Positions 1-9,951 of a DNA stretch of 64,000 nucleotides are shown piece by piece (positions within the stretch are counted from its first letter, which is position 1; each line of letters begins with the position of its first letter). The DNA is taken from sequence record PZ445524.1. One strand, given 5' to 3'. The position numbers and the translations under genes were made by a program. Under the pieces are notes generated by a model. It saw nothing but the letters and a program-made list of their open reading frames with translations, was not told the DNA's origin and did not search any database. Origin of the DNA: a phage.

Positions 1-218
1 ATTTCTGCATCATCATTAACTAGAGACAGAATACCGAGAAAACCGTTCAAATCGTAAATTGCTACATCAAAATCAATAACGTCAGAAATATTTGCTTCCG
101 CATAAGTTGTACCATTAACTGCACGAGTCATAATAAATTGACCTGATTTAAGCATAATGCCAGAGTTAATAGTAGCGAAATTTTTAAGCAGAGCAGTAGT
201 ATCTTTAGACAGTTTCAT
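1..218 (-). CDS. 45: gp45 sliding clamp, N-terminal part only (gene continues beyond window start)
   Basis: Reverse complement from ATG at 216-218 translates MKLSKDTTALLKNFATINSGIMLKSGQFIMTRAVNG..., which I recognise as the T4 gp45 N-terminus; SD AAGGAAA upstream. Confidence 0.85.
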   Translation of the reverse strand, partial: MKLSKDTTALLKNFATINSGIMLKSGQFIMTRAVNGTTYAEANISDVIDFDVAIYDLNGFLGILSLVNDDAE

Positions 219-273
219 GTAATTTCCTTCAATTCAAATGAGATTTAATTTTATAACTAATTTAATAAAGCAA

Positions 274-663
274 TTAACGATTAAAATCAGCCGCAATTGT
301 TTCCGCAACAATTTGAGCAGCAACAATTAGACGTTCATCTGCGTTACCGCAATAATCATCTTCAAGACGTTCACCACATGAAGTCATAATAAATTTAGCA
401 CCGGCGTTTAGGGATTCTGTAGTATGTTTGCGCATCAGTTCAATCCATTTATTACTCACTTCACAATCGATAGCTTCATAATATGCATGACGAGCAGGTG
501 CAGATTTAATTTTGTTCTGAATAACTTCCATCGCGTTATCAGAAAGAGACAAAACCCATGCTCGACGAATTTTATTTTGGTTTTGTGGATTTGATTCAGA
601 ACGCACGTGTTTTGGCTGAATATCTTTTACGTCAACAGTATAATTCACAGTAATTTTAGTCAT
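274..663 (-). CDS. rpbA: RNA polymerase-binding protein RpbA
   Basis: 129 aa ORF between 45 and 46, as in T4 synteny. Confidence 0.75.
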   Translation of the reverse strand: MTKITVNYTVDVKDIQPKHVRSESNPQNQNKIRRAWVLSLSDNAMEVIQNKIKSAPARHAYYEAIDCEVSNKWIELMRKHTTESLNAGAKFIMTSCGERLEDDYCGNADERLIVAAQIVAETIAADFNR

Positions 664-672
664 AATACACCT

Positions 673-861
673 TTAGTCATAATAATCAGTAACAGTCCAA
701 GCTTCATTTCTATTGGACATTATTTTTGTATATTCTGCTTTAAATGCATTCCTAAGCATAGATTCAGTAACTATATGCTCTTCATTAGAAAAATTATTTC
801 TCAGAATATATCGTTTTATTTCAGGAATAGTTAATAGATGCTGTCCAGTTGAATATTCCAT
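673..861 (-). CDS. hypothetical protein (45.2 position)
   Basis: 62 aa ORF, same strand, tight packing. Confidence 0.5.
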   Translation of the reverse strand: MEYSTGQHLLTIPEIKRYILRNNFSNEEHIVTESMLRNAFKAEYTKIMSNRNEAWTVTDYYD

Positions 862-916
862 GTTTTTCCTCCATAGAGATTATACTCTAATAAATTAAAG
901 CATAATCTCTTATAAA

Positions 917-2599
917 TTAAACCATTACAGTAAATCGACCAACTTTCTTCATTTGAAGATGCTGACCATATTCTTGCGGGTCATGGTCTTTATGCGAAAT
1001 TATAAAAACATTAGTGTTTTTCATTGAATTTATAATATTAGCTACACCTTTAATACCTTCGGCATCAAATGACCCATCAAACACTTCATCGAGTATTAAT
1101 GTACTAATACTAACACCAGATACAGTAGAAGCAATATCACGCCAAGTAAATAAAAGAGCAATATCAATTCTTGCTTTTTCACCTTCACTAAATGAAGCAT
1201 AACTAAAATCTTCGCGACCACGGGATTTAATTGTCTCATTAAATTCTTCATCTAATGTAAACACATAATCCGCTTCCATTATTTTAAGATAATGGTTAAT
1301 CTGCTTATTAAATAATGGAATGTACTTTTTAATAATAGCACCTTTAATACCAGAATCTTTGAGCATATCAGTCAAAATTCCTCGGTGGTATTTTTCCATT
1401 ACTAAATTAGTTTTTGTCTTAACAATTTTATCAAGTTCTTCTTGAAGCAGTGCTATTTCATCAGCATGGTCAATAAACTCAGAAGATGCTTTTTCTATAG
1501 CCGCTTTAACCTTTTTAGCTTTATCTACTGCTGCGATCAGAGATTGCTTTTTATTGCGAATATCATTTGCCAACGACTGCTGGGTTTTAATATTATCTCG
1601 GTATTCATCAACAAGAACTTTTAAATTATCACGATGTGTTGAAAGCTGTTCAAACGAATGCGTACATTCAGAAACTTTATCTTTAATTTTAGAAACAACT
1701 TTATCACCGGAACTCAATTGCGACAAACAGGTTGGACATAATCCACCTTCGTGATACATATTAATGACTTTATTATATGAGTCAATTTTTGATTTAATTA
1801 AAACTGCTTCTTGACCGATTTTATTAAATGCATCAGTCGGGTCTTCATCTAAAACAATATTAACTAATCTTTCATTAGCTTCTTCTATTTCCGATTTTAG
1901 CGTTCTAGCTTCTTTTGCCAAATCATCATACATATTTTGCAGACGAGTAAGGTTGTCACCCGTTAATTTTTTCTGGCGTTCAACGTTATCATTATATATT
2001 TTAATTTGTTGGATAATACTATCTTTTTTAACATCAAGCACTTGGTTTTGTGAATTTAATTCGCGTATTAGTGCTTTATTAAGCTTATCCATTTCAGCTA
2101 ATGTTCCTACCTCGAGCAGGTCTTCCACAAGCTTTCTTCGCGCAGGGGTCGACAAACCCATGAAAGGGGTATACCCTGCTGTACCAAGGACAACAATCTG
2201 CTTGAAACTGGCATATGACATTCCGATAAGCTGTTCAAATTCTGCTTGGAAATCTTTACTGCTGGCAGATTCATTAAGACGTGTACCGTTAACGGTGATT
2301 TCGAAAACGTTTGGTTTTTGTCCTCTTTTGATATAATACTTTTTCTCATCATATTCCATCCACAGTTCAACTAAAAGTTCTTTCTTATTTGTGCTGTTTA
2401 TTAATTGACCTTTCTTTACATCGCGAAATGGCTTGCCAAAAAGCCCAAATGTGATGGCTTCTAGCATAGTAGACTTACCACCGCCATTTCGTCCAGTAAT
2501 AAGAGTTTTTTGAACCTTATCTAATTGAATGTCAACTCCATTTTGACCAACTGACATTATATTTTTATATTTTACTCTATTAAGTTTAAAATTCTTCAC
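917..2599 (-). CDS. 46: gp46 recombination nuclease subunit (Rad50/SbcC-like ATPase)
   Basis: 560 aa; Walker A GRNGGGKST; long coiled-coil middle; C-terminal signature/Walker B region; matches T4 gp46 length. Confidence 0.9.
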   Translation of the reverse strand: MKNFKLNRVKYKNIMSVGQNGVDIQLDKVQKTLITGRNGGGKSTMLEAITFGLFGKPFRDVKKGQLINSTNKKELLVELWMEYDEKKYYIKRGQKPNVFEITVNGTRLNESASSKDFQAEFEQLIGMSYASFKQIVVLGTAGYTPFMGLSTPARRKLVEDLLEVGTLAEMDKLNKALIRELNSQNQVLDVKKDSIIQQIKIYNDNVERQKKLTGDNLTRLQNMYDDLAKEARTLKSEIEEANERLVNIVLDEDPTDAFNKIGQEAVLIKSKIDSYNKVINMYHEGGLCPTCLSQLSSGDKVVSKIKDKVSECTHSFEQLSTHRDNLKVLVDEYRDNIKTQQSLANDIRNKKQSLIAAVDKAKKVKAAIEKASSEFIDHADEIALLQEELDKIVKTKTNLVMEKYHRGILTDMLKDSGIKGAIIKKYIPLFNKQINHYLKIMEADYVFTLDEEFNETIKSRGREDFSYASFSEGEKARIDIALLFTWRDIASTVSGVSISTLILDEVFDGSFDAEGIKGVANIINSMKNTNVFIISHKDHDPQEYGQHLQMKKVGRFTVMV

Positions 2600-2811
2600 A
2601 AAAGATTCCTTTTAATGTATCTTTTAGACCATTCTATCATATCATCATAATCTAAAAAGTATTCATCAAATTCAGCCATGCAAACAACACCTTGTGCTGT
2701 TTTTGATGTAATATAAATTATTCCAACATATCTAGAATCTTCTTCGATATAATCAATATTTGCTATGAATTCATCATTAATGTCAAATGTCGAAAACTTC
2801 ACAGTATGCAT
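2596..2811 (-). CDS. hypothetical protein (46.1 position); start taken at internal Met
   Basis: ORF 2596-2859 trimmed to ATG at 2809-2811 to avoid a 77-nt overlap with the upstream gene. Confidence 0.4.
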   Translation of the reverse strand: MHTVKFSTFDINDEFIANIDYIEEDSRYVGIIYITSKTAQGVVCMAEFDEYFLDYDDMIEWSKRYIKRNLL

Positions 2812-3046
2812 CCTTAATACAAGATACAGCCATATCTTGTAGTGATTTAGGTGTGTCATTATCTAAAATGTTGAAGTTAAAAGATACAGCCCAGTCAGTG
2901 CAGACTGTAACCTTTTTAATACAATTATCTTCAACTTCTAGCGGTTCAAACCAGTATTCAATAATTTCTTTATGCCCAATATCATCTTTTACTTCGCATT
3001 CAAAATGCTGACTCATCATAACATTTTTAAATTCATCAAAAGTCAT
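2783..3046 (-). CDS. hypothetical protein (46.2 position)
   Basis: 87 aa ORF; stop overlaps gp47 start. Confidence 0.5.
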   Translation of the reverse strand: MTFDEFKNVMMSQHFECEVKDDIGHKEIIEYWFEPLEVEDNCIKKVTVCTDWAVSFNFNILDNDTPKSLQDMAVSCIKDAYCEVFDI

Positions 3047-4062
3047 TGTGTTGCCTCTACATATAGCTGATTTGCATATTGAATAAGTGCTTCACGGTCA
3101 GAATCAGTGATGTCTGGAATTGCATTAATATACTCTTCCATTAATGTCTGAAGCGATTGAACTTCAACTTCTTCACTGTCATCTGACTCGACAGAGTTAT
3201 CAATCTTTGACACAACTCGTAACGAATGCACAACTTTTTCTAGTTCAGATTCGAACTTCGTCAGATTTTTGTCTACTTCAGTTACTATAACACGTACTGA
3301 TAGATTTGTAAAATCTTTATAGTCAATTTTTCCTTTAAATGGATAATGAATTCTACGATGCCAGGTAGTATTGTTTGGAATAAATTCCATTCGTTCTGTT
3401 TCTGTATCAAACATCCAGAACCCACGAGGGTCATTCTCGTCACCTGCAGTTAGTGTCCATGGTGTCCCAATATATCTGACGTTTGCAGCCTCAGAAATAG
3501 TATGGAAGTGACCAGACCACACTTCTTTATAAGTCTTAAGGAAATCAGGTTCAAGACCGTGAGATTTCATTCCTTTATAAAAATAAAATCCATTCAGTTC
3601 CCAGTGACCAACACAAAAAGAAGCAGATGAAGTTTTGATGTGCTCAAGAATTTCACCAGTATTTTCTTCGCACATCCAAGGAATCAAATCAATCAAACAT
3701 CCGTCAAAATCTACTGTAGTAGGCTTATCATATACTTTAACATTAGGATATTTAGCCAAAAGCTCAGTAGAAGCATTTGGAGTTAAAGTATTTTTAAAGT
3801 GCATATCATGGTTTCCTACAACAGTATGCAGGGTAATACCAGCATCATCAAGCATTTGAACTATTTCACGAGCAAACTCCATAGTTTTATGCGTGATTGC
3901 TTTTCGCACATCAAAAATATCGCCGTATTGAATCCAGGTAGTAATTCCATTTTTCTTAGAATATTCTATCGCTTGCTTAATTCCATCCAACTGAATGGAT
4001 TGAACCCACTCATCATCGGCTTTAACGCCTAAATGCCAATCACCTAAATTTAAAATTTTCAT
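3043..4062 (-). CDS. 47: gp47 recombination nuclease subunit (Mre11/SbcD-like phosphoesterase)
   Basis: 339 aa; calcineurin-like motifs GDWH, GDIFD, GNHD; matches T4 gp47 length. Confidence 0.9.
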   Translation of the reverse strand: MKILNLGDWHLGVKADDEWVQSIQLDGIKQAIEYSKKNGITTWIQYGDIFDVRKAITHKTMEFAREIVQMLDDAGITLHTVVGNHDMHFKNTLTPNASTELLAKYPNVKVYDKPTTVDFDGCLIDLIPWMCEENTGEILEHIKTSSASFCVGHWELNGFYFYKGMKSHGLEPDFLKTYKEVWSGHFHTISEAANVRYIGTPWTLTAGDENDPRGFWMFDTETERMEFIPNNTTWHRRIHYPFKGKIDYKDFTNLSVRVIVTEVDKNLTKFESELEKVVHSLRVVSKIDNSVESDDSEEVEVQSLQTLMEEYINAIPDITDSDREALIQYANQLYVEATQ

Positions 4063-4199
4063 ATATCAAGAACCGTCATTGAAATGCAAAATAAAATTAT
4101 TGAAATAAATCCATCTGGAGTGCTAAAGAACCCAATCCAACATGCTCTAGTGAATAGATAAAATGCAAGAAAAAGTATCACATATCCAAGAAATATCAT
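4059..4199 (-). CDS. small hydrophobic protein (47.1 position)
   Basis: 46 aa ORF MIFLGYVILFLAFYLF... translated by hand from ATG 4197-4199; stop overlaps gp47 start (ATGA); below the ORF-track size cutoff. Confidence 0.4.
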   Translation of the reverse strand: MIFLGYVILFLAFYLFTRACWIGFFSTPDGFISIILFCISMTVLDI

Positions 4200-4221
4200 T
4201 ATATCAAACTCCGTATAAAGC

Positions 4222-4238
4222 TAAAGGGCCGAAGCCCT
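4222..4238 (-). other. UUCG-tetraloop RNA hairpin downstream of a-gt
   Basis: plus agggccgaagccct gives minus-strand AGGGCUUCGGCCCU. Confidence 0.4.
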
Positions 4239-5441
4239 TTATTTTGTAATAATGTCAAACTGTTCTTTAAAGCAGAAGCTTGAATCTTGATGCTGATACA
4301 AAAATTCATATGCTTTTTCTCGCTCACGGTCATAAAGAGCTCGGTCAGATGACAGTTCTTTAATACGTTCAAATGTTGATTCCATGTCATTTTCATCAAA
4401 CCAAATGATACCGCTATCATGCGAGGTCAAAGGAGTATTATCAACACGGAATTTTAAATTTTCGCCAGTAGATTTCCAGAAAACAGGAATTGTACCGCAA
4501 GCACCTAATTCAAGATGAGTATATTCGAGTGAGCGTTGTAAGTATTTCTGGTTAAGTTTACTCAACTGATATCCAAAGCCAGATTTACTCATTCGTTCAA
4601 GCATTTCACTATTAATATAACAATCTAGGATTTGTGCCGGTTGATTCGGCGCGAGATTCATTTTATCAATCTCACGATTACCGTAATATTCATACGGAAT
4701 ACCTTTTTCCTTAATTGCAATAAAAGCAGGGGAACGTTCAAGACCTTCCATTACAGTGGATTTACCAGAAGGTTTTAAGAATTTTTCGTGAAAATCAAAC
4801 ATCTGATAAAAACCTTTCCATGTAGTCGTACGACCAATCCAACGGTTGATGTTCATGTTAATTTCAGAAACATCTTTCCAATAAGTTGACCGAACCTTCG
4901 CAATATCCATAGGAGGCTGAAAGTTATATACTGTCGGTGCTTCTTCAATATCATCAAACAGAGAAACAGTTTCTGGATACCATTCTTTCATCAGAACTTT
5001 ATTAAAATCACCATTATCAGAATGGCTAAAAATAACATCAGCTCGACGAACAGTTTCTTCTAATCCCAAATTTCGACGCAAAGAAAGAACAGAATGATCA
5101 TGCTGATAAACTACAACACGAATAGAAGGTTTAATATTATCTAAAAGTTTTTTATAGTTATTAATCGTGGCTTCTTGAACGGAAGTAGCAGGAACAGAAT
5201 TAATAATTAGAATATCACAATCATTAATCAGTTTAAGTGCTTTATCGTATTCTTTAGCTAAAATAACTGGAATTGAAAATGATTTGTGGTCATGAGAACT
5301 TGTACGAGTAAATGATTTATCTTTAGCATAAACCAAAGTTACTTCATGACCATTTTTAATAAACCAATCACGTTGCTCGAGTGAGAATTTTGTTACACCA
5401 CAACCTTCAAGACCCCGAGCCAGAAAAATGCATACTTTCAT
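4239..5441 (-). CDS. a-gt: DNA alpha-glucosyltransferase
   Basis: 400 aa; near-identical to the T4 Agt sequence as I recall it (…ICIF…ARGLEGCGVTKFSLEQRDWFIKNGHEVTLVYAKDKSF...). Confidence 0.9.
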   Translation of the reverse strand: MKVCIFLARGLEGCGVTKFSLEQRDWFIKNGHEVTLVYAKDKSFTRTSSHDHKSFSIPVILAKEYDKALKLINDCDILIINSVPATSVQEATINNYKKLLDNIKPSIRVVVYQHDHSVLSLRRNLGLEETVRRADVIFSHSDNGDFNKVLMKEWYPETVSLFDDIEEAPTVYNFQPPMDIAKVRSTYWKDVSEINMNINRWIGRTTTWKGFYQMFDFHEKFLKPSGKSTVMEGLERSPAFIAIKEKGIPYEYYGNREIDKMNLAPNQPAQILDCYINSEMLERMSKSGFGYQLSKLNQKYLQRSLEYTHLELGACGTIPVFWKSTGENLKFRVDNTPLTSHDSGIIWFDENDMESTFERIKELSSDRALYDREREKAYEFLYQHQDSSFCFKEQFDIITK

Positions 5442-5509
5442 TTAATATCCTCTTTGTTTTGGTTCATTTTACCAAAAAATTTATAAAGCAATATAGGAGC
5501 CGAAGCTCC

Positions 5510-5683
5510 TATCCACATAATACGCCATACAGAGGCTCGTTAGAACTTTTAAATTTTATGCGCTTATATGTTATAGTTCCTTCTGCTTTAGCTTTATCAT
5601 GAGACTCTTTAAAGCGTCTCATCATTTCCTCTTTAGAGGAACGAATTTTATTATAATCTATTTCAGAAGTCTGGGTGTTCATC
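5510..5683 (-). CDS. hypothetical small protein (a-gt.1 position)
   Basis: 57 aa ORF found by hand (MNTQTSEIDYNKIRSSKEEMMRRFKESHDK...); followed by UUCG hairpin at 5497-5512. Confidence 0.35.
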
Positions 5684-5685
5684 TT

Positions 5686-5892
5686 TCACAGTTGCCACCA
5701 TTTTTTGACTTGATAAGAATCAACCCACACTTTCATATTAGGGTCTGCTCTTACAATAGGAGGATTAACTTCTTTAATTGAACTATTACGGTATTCTTTT
5801 TCAGAAATTTTCACACAAAGATGACCATTCAAAGATTCAGTAAATCCTGCATTAATTTTAAGACGCTTGAATTTTACGCGTGTAAGCATCAA
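5686..5892 (-). CDS. hypothetical protein
   Basis: 68 aa ORF; co-oriented and tightly packed. Confidence 0.35.
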   Translation of the reverse strand: MMLTRVKFKRLKINAGFTESLNGHLCVKISEKEYRNSSIKEVNPPIVRADPNMKVWVDSYQVKKWWQL

Positions 5893-6175
5893 TCATATCC
5901 TCAATCTGCGATCTAGTAGTCTTCCAAAGAATACTAATGAGTTCATCGTTATATGGCTGTTTTAGAATATCCCGACTTTTCTTGATAGCATATTCGTATT
6001 GAGCAAAATTATTATTTTCAGCTGCAATCTGAGCGTGCTTATAAAGACGATTCAGTTCGCGTTTGTTTTTAGACAATAACTTATTTGCTTTTCTTTCTGC
6101 TTCAAGACGGTTCTTTTCTTCAATAGAAGAAATAAGCTTTTCCACTTCATCATTAATTTCGGGTTTATCAGTCAT
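5858..6175 (-). CDS. hypothetical protein
   Basis: 105 aa ORF, charged and helical. Confidence 0.5.
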   Translation of the reverse strand: MTDKPEINDEVEKLISSIEEKNRLEAERKANKLLSKNKRELNRLYKHAQIAAENNNFAQYEYAIKKSRDILKQPYNDELISILWKTTRSQIEDMIDAYTRKIQAS

Positions 6176-6176
6176 A

Positions 6177-6395
6177 TTATTTCTCTAATATAAAATAAAA
6201 ATCATCATCTGTTAAATGATACCGATAGTTTAATTCTACACCATTAGATTTAAAAGCGGTATCATACGGATTTTCTGGATCAATATCAATGTCAAGAGCT
6301 AAAACTTCCCTGAGATACATTTTAAGTAAATAGGGAATAGCTTCAACTTCAGGTATTTCTTCCAAGAATCCGGAGAGGTTAATCGTTAGCCTCAT
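6177..6395 (-). CDS. hypothetical protein
   Basis: 72 aa ORF immediately downstream of gene 55. Confidence 0.5.
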
Positions 6396-6936
6396 ATAAA
6401 AAATCCAAACTAGGAGAATCGTCTACAACACTTTTCTTTTCAGCCCCCGGTGTTCTATAGGTTGATTCTTCGTAATGCGTCATTTTATCGTAGATGTCTT
6501 GAATAAAAGTTTCATCTACTAACGCAACCATATCGTCGTCACGACTGTCATAGACATTGTGAACGAAGTAACTATATTTCTTTGCAACTTCCTTACGTTC
6601 TTTTTTAATACGTTGGACGAATGCATTAAAACAAGCTTGAGTTATATACGCATGTGGGTTTTTATATTTCGTTTCATCAAAATTATGAAGCCCCTTAATA
6701 GAAGCTTCTATACCATCTGCAATCATTTCTTGTTTCCAAGACTGGGTGTATCCTGAAAAGTTGAAACGTTTAGATAAGCCTTCTGCAATAAGCATAATGG
6801 CTAATCCGATAGTATCATTCTGACGAACTACTTTATTTGGGTCTTTATTATTTGCTAATTCTGTTTTCCAATCAATAATAGCTTGTAAAAGCTCTTTATT
6901 GTTTACGTAATTATATTTAGGCTTAGTTTCTGACAT
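6379..6936 (-). CDS. 55: gp55 late-transcription sigma factor
   Basis: Sequence [24 protein letters not shown]... matches T4 gp55 as I recall it; start set at the third codon (185 aa). Confidence 0.9.
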
Positions 6937-7014
6937 TTTCACCTCTTAGCTCAATTCATAGATCTATTATATCATAATATTTGAAGATCTATCTTAAAGC
7001 ATAGAGGATATCAG

Positions 7015-7284
7015 TTATCTAAGTAAGCAGTATGCTTGGAACACTTTCTCCATCATCTTTTTAAATTCATGAATATCTATATAATGACTAGTTAAATCAG
7101 CATGATATAAAAAGTCTAAAAACTTTTCATGTGTGCTAACATATTCACTTTCATTTAATTCAGAAACATGACTTTCCCAATATCCAACACCAGTCTTATT
7201 TGGGAAAAATGAAATTTTCATGTATTGGTCAACATAGAAAATGCCATAATTTTCAATAGTAATAGAAATATTAATAAATTTCAT
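7015..7284 (-). CDS. hypothetical protein (55.x)
   Basis: 89 aa ORF. Confidence 0.45.
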   Translation of the reverse strand: MKFINISITIENYGIFYVDQYMKISFFPNKTGVGYWESHVSELNESEYVSTHEKFLDFLYHADLTSHYIDIHEFKKMMEKVFQAYCLLR

Positions 7285-7502
7285 ACATTCATCAACTTAG
7301 CCGCTTCAAGAGCTGCATCTAGTGAATCAAATTGATCGACATATTCAATCAGTTCGCCGTAATTAGCATATAACCACCATTGGCTAAATTCATACTCAAG
7401 GATGAATCCGTTTCCTTCAATTTGAGTTAAACCAATGCCATTTGTATTTACTTCATATCCAGCAAGACGCAAATCGTTAATAAGAGCTTCGTTCATATTC
7501 AT
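7281..7502 (-). CDS. hypothetical protein (55.x)
   Basis: 73 aa ORF; ATGA-type overlap with neighbours. Confidence 0.5.
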   Translation of the reverse strand: MNMNEALINDLRLAGYEVNTNGIGLTQIEGNGFILEYEFSQWWLYANYGELIEYVDQFDSLDAALEAAKLMNV

Positions 7503-7825
7503 ACCTTAGTAATTTTCAGGTCTGCAAATTTTTTCTTGCGTTGATTTTTCATGCGACGAATAGTTTTATCGGAAATTTCATGCTTTTGATAAGCTTTAGA
7601 TTCTACACCAAAAGCTTTAACATCAAATTCTGACAAGATATATTGAACCAACAATTCACGGACAGTATTGCGTCCAATCTTCTGATCATTCTGTTTCATC
7701 GTCTGATGAAGCTCTTTTTCCCATTTATCCAAAATTTGAGGAGTTACAATATCGCCTTTTTCTAGCAAAGAAACTACTTTATCATATGCGTAAGAATTAA
7801 TGACGTTTTTAATTTGAATAGTCAT
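7499..7825 (-). CDS. hypothetical protein (55.x)
   Basis: 108 aa ORF; basic C-terminus. Confidence 0.5.
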   Translation of the reverse strand: MTIQIKNVINSYAYDKVVSLLEKGDIVTPQILDKWEKELHQTMKQNDQKIGRNTVRELLVQYILSEFDVKAFGVESKAYQKHEISDKTIRRMKNQRKKKFADLKITKV

Positions 7826-7865
7826 ACATTATCCTCAATTACGTTAAAATTTTATCATCCAAAAA

Positions 7866-7884
7866 GGGCCGAAGCCCTTAGCTA
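7866..7884 (-). terminator. UUCG hairpin plus U-run (intrinsic terminator or RNA stabiliser)
   Basis: minus strand GGGCUUCGGCCC followed by UUUUU. Confidence 0.5.
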
Positions 7885-8078
7885 AACTTTTTGGCACCCT
7901 TCCAGCCTTCGTACATCATTGCGGCTGATATTAATATTGCTCCTGAGCAACTTGAATATTTGTGGTTCCAAAACCAATTCAGAAAAACTTCGTCATCAAT
8001 ACCTTGGGCTATCATATTTTCAAAGAACTGACGACGAGCTTCGGCAATTCGCTGCGATAATTTAGATTCAGGATTCAT
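7878..8078 (-). CDS. hypothetical protein
   Basis: 66 aa ORF. Confidence 0.45.
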   Translation of the reverse strand: MNPESKLSQRIAEARRQFFENMIAQGIDDEVFLNWFWNHKYSSCSGAILISAAMMYEGWKGAKKFS

Positions 8079-8210
8079 TTAAATTTCCCAATTACCATTT
8101 TCATCAATAAATTTAATCCAGTCATTTACTGACCACTTAGTTGTATCGCCTTTTGGAGTAACATTTAAAGTATATAGTCCTTGCTTAAAAAGCATTCGTT
8201 TGATATTCAT
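8079..8210 (-). CDS. hypothetical small protein
   Basis: Internal ATG at 8208-8210 preceded by strong SD GAGGAAA; avoids overlap with the upstream ORF. Confidence 0.45.
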   Translation of the reverse strand: MNIKRMLFKQGLYTLNVTPKGDTTKWSVNDWIKFIDENGNWEI

Positions 8211-8217
8211 ATTTTCC

Positions 8218-8511
8218 TCAGCTATAACGATAACACTCGTTTGATTTACGCTTAGCAACCCGTTGAGAAGTATTATAATCAAAATCATCGTCAATGTAAA
8301 CTGATTTTTTCAACTTTCTTACTTCACCGCGTAATTGACGATTTAACTCATCTTTAACTTCTGAATCAATGCCTTTCATTCTACGCCATTTATCTGAGCG
8401 AAAAATGTTTTCAACCATATCTTTATGACTTACCCCATCAGGAGCTTTACGCTTTCCGAAATAGTCATAATCACGAACTTTCAAGTCTTTACGACGATAC
8501 GTTTTACCCAT
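8218..8511 (-). CDS. hypothetical basic protein
   Basis: ORF trimmed to internal ATG at 8509-8511; Lys/Arg rich. Confidence 0.45.
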   Translation of the reverse strand: MGKTYRRKDLKVRDYDYFGKRKAPDGVSHKDMVENIFRSDKWRRMKGIDSEVKDELNRQLRGEVRKLKKSVYIDDDFDYNTSQRVAKRKSNECYRYS

Positions 8512-8708
8512 GGAGTTTAATTTCCTTAGCAACTGAACTAAATACAGCACGATCACAAACCATGCGTTTGTTCCATTTAATCACAGTATAATGAACATCT
8601 AGATCATCGACTGCTGTAACAATAACGATATGTCCGTTAACACGATAATACTGATCAATTTTAATCTCTTTATCAACCATATCAATTCCTCAAAGGCAAT
8701 TCATGTGT

Positions 8709-8745
8709 TAATAATACCACAGTTTGAGCTCGTTGTAAACAACTT
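8709..8745 (-). promoter_or_regulatory. T4-type early promoter (-35 GTTTAC, extended -10, AT-rich UP element)
   Basis: plus gtaaac at 8735-8740 is minus GTTTAC; -10 GGTATTATTA. Confidence 0.5.
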
Positions 8746-8838
8746 TGTGAAAATTATTTTAGGGAATGATAAGAAGGGAACGATAGCTTAGAATGGTAAT
8801 ATACAGAATGTGAGAAAGAAAGGCCCAGAGGGCCCGTC

Positions 8839-9147
8839 TTAATCTTCTATGATATCTCTATCATATCCAAGTGAAATGAGAGTTTCTTTGAAGTGTTTAA
8901 TGTTCTTTTGTCTAGAATCATTAATGAAAATGACTGGATAACGAATGTTAAGAGATGTGAATCCAGCGCGTTTAGCAAGAGATACAATCAGTGGACGATC
9001 ATACTCAATCTTACCATTATTTGTAAGAACTTTATAGAAAGTAAAAGGAGCATTGAGCTCCTTTAGAAGTTTTGTAACTGATTGACATCCAGGACAACGA
9101 CCTACTTCATCTGGAATTCCATAGACTTCAATCTTATTTTGTTTCAC
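8839..9147 (-). CDS. nrdH: glutaredoxin-like protein NrdH
   Basis: 102 aa; CPGC redox motif; T4 synteny next to nrdG/nrdD. Confidence 0.85.
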   Translation of the reverse strand: MKQNKIEVYGIPDEVGRCPGCQSVTKLLKELNAPFTFYKVLTNNGKIEYDRPLIVSLAKRAGFTSLNIRYPVIFINDSRQKNIKHFKETLISLGYDRDIIED

Positions 9148-9149
9148 AA

Positions 9150-9362
9150 CTATTCCTTACTAAGAGCAGCATTCAGCTTGTTAGTAATTTTATCCAGACG
9201 CTCATTGAACTCACTAGAAGATAAGCCCTTTTCTGGAGAAATCAAACTAATCACGAAAAATATAGCAATAAAAGGAATAAGGAAAATAGCTCCAACTGCC
9301 ATAAACAGAAAGAATGTTACAGTTGTAAGAAAATCAGCTAAACCTTTACGAAATTTATACAT
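9150..9362 (-). CDS. small membrane protein
   Basis: 70 aa; central hydrophobic helix FLFMAVGAIFLIPFIAIFFVISLI. Confidence 0.5.
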   Translation of the reverse strand: MYKFRKGLADFLTTVTFFLFMAVGAIFLIPFIAIFFVISLISPEKGLSSSEFNERLDKITNKLNAALSKE

Positions 9363-9480
9363 TTACCTTTACCTTTAATTAATTAACCAAGCATTGATAA
9401 GCACTAAACTATACTGGGAATAAAATTCTGGACCAAAATGAAAAATCATATCATTTATAGTATCCATAATATAATTCAAT

Positions 9481-9951
9481 TTAATCATGTTTCCACACCC
9501 CATCGGTATTTGACCAAAGCCGCTGATTATCTGATCCTCGCCACAGCTTTTTAGTCGGAAGATTTTTCTCATACTTCCCATCAATAATAACATCAACATA
9601 TTTAAGCATTTCTAGTTGTTTAATATCTTCAAACTTATATCCAGTCCACAACCAAATGCTTTTATTGGGATAAAGATTTTTTACTGTTTGAACAATGCAA
9701 TGAATAACATCTCGGTTATCAGGATAGAGAGGGTCACCTCCGGTTATAGTCAATCCTTCTATATAATCATTATTCAAACATTCAATTAATTGTTCTAGTG
9801 TTTCACCAGTGAATGGAACGCCATTTCTAGCATTCCATGTTGATTTATTATAACACCCTTCACATTTATGCAAACAGCCTGTAACGAAAAGAACGGTCCT
9901 GCAGCCAGGACCATTAATAAAATCGCAAGGATAAAATCTATCATAATTCAT
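9481..9951 (-). CDS. nrdG: anaerobic ribonucleotide reductase activating protein (radical SAM)
   Basis: 156 aa; CLHKCEGC = CxxxCxxC radical-SAM motif. Confidence 0.9.
   Translation of the reverse strand: MNYDRFYPCDFINGPGCRTVLFVTGCLHKCEGCYNKSTWNARNGVPFTGETLEQLIECLNNDYIEGLTITGGDPLYPDNRDVIHCIVQTVKNLYPNKSIWLWTGYKFEDIKQLEMLKYVDVIIDGKYEKNLPTKKLWRGSDNQRLWSNTDGVWKHD

Noticed and set aside
607-2370. Plus-strand and alternate-frame ORFs (607-834, 713-898, 1014-1202, 1442-1624, 1554-1754, 1953-2336, 2107-2370) overlapping rpbA, 45.2 and gene 46
   Set aside because: Antisense or out of frame relative to well-supported minus-strand genes; low-complexity translations and no ribosome-binding context.
4199-4420. 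ORF 4199-4420 (73 aa, minus)
   Set aside because: Out-of-frame overlap with the C-terminal end of a-gt; replaced by the hand-found 46-aa ORF 4059-4199 in the intergenic gap.
9375-9599. ORF 9375-9599 (74 aa, minus)
   Set aside because: Overlaps the 3' end of nrdG in another frame; no independent support.
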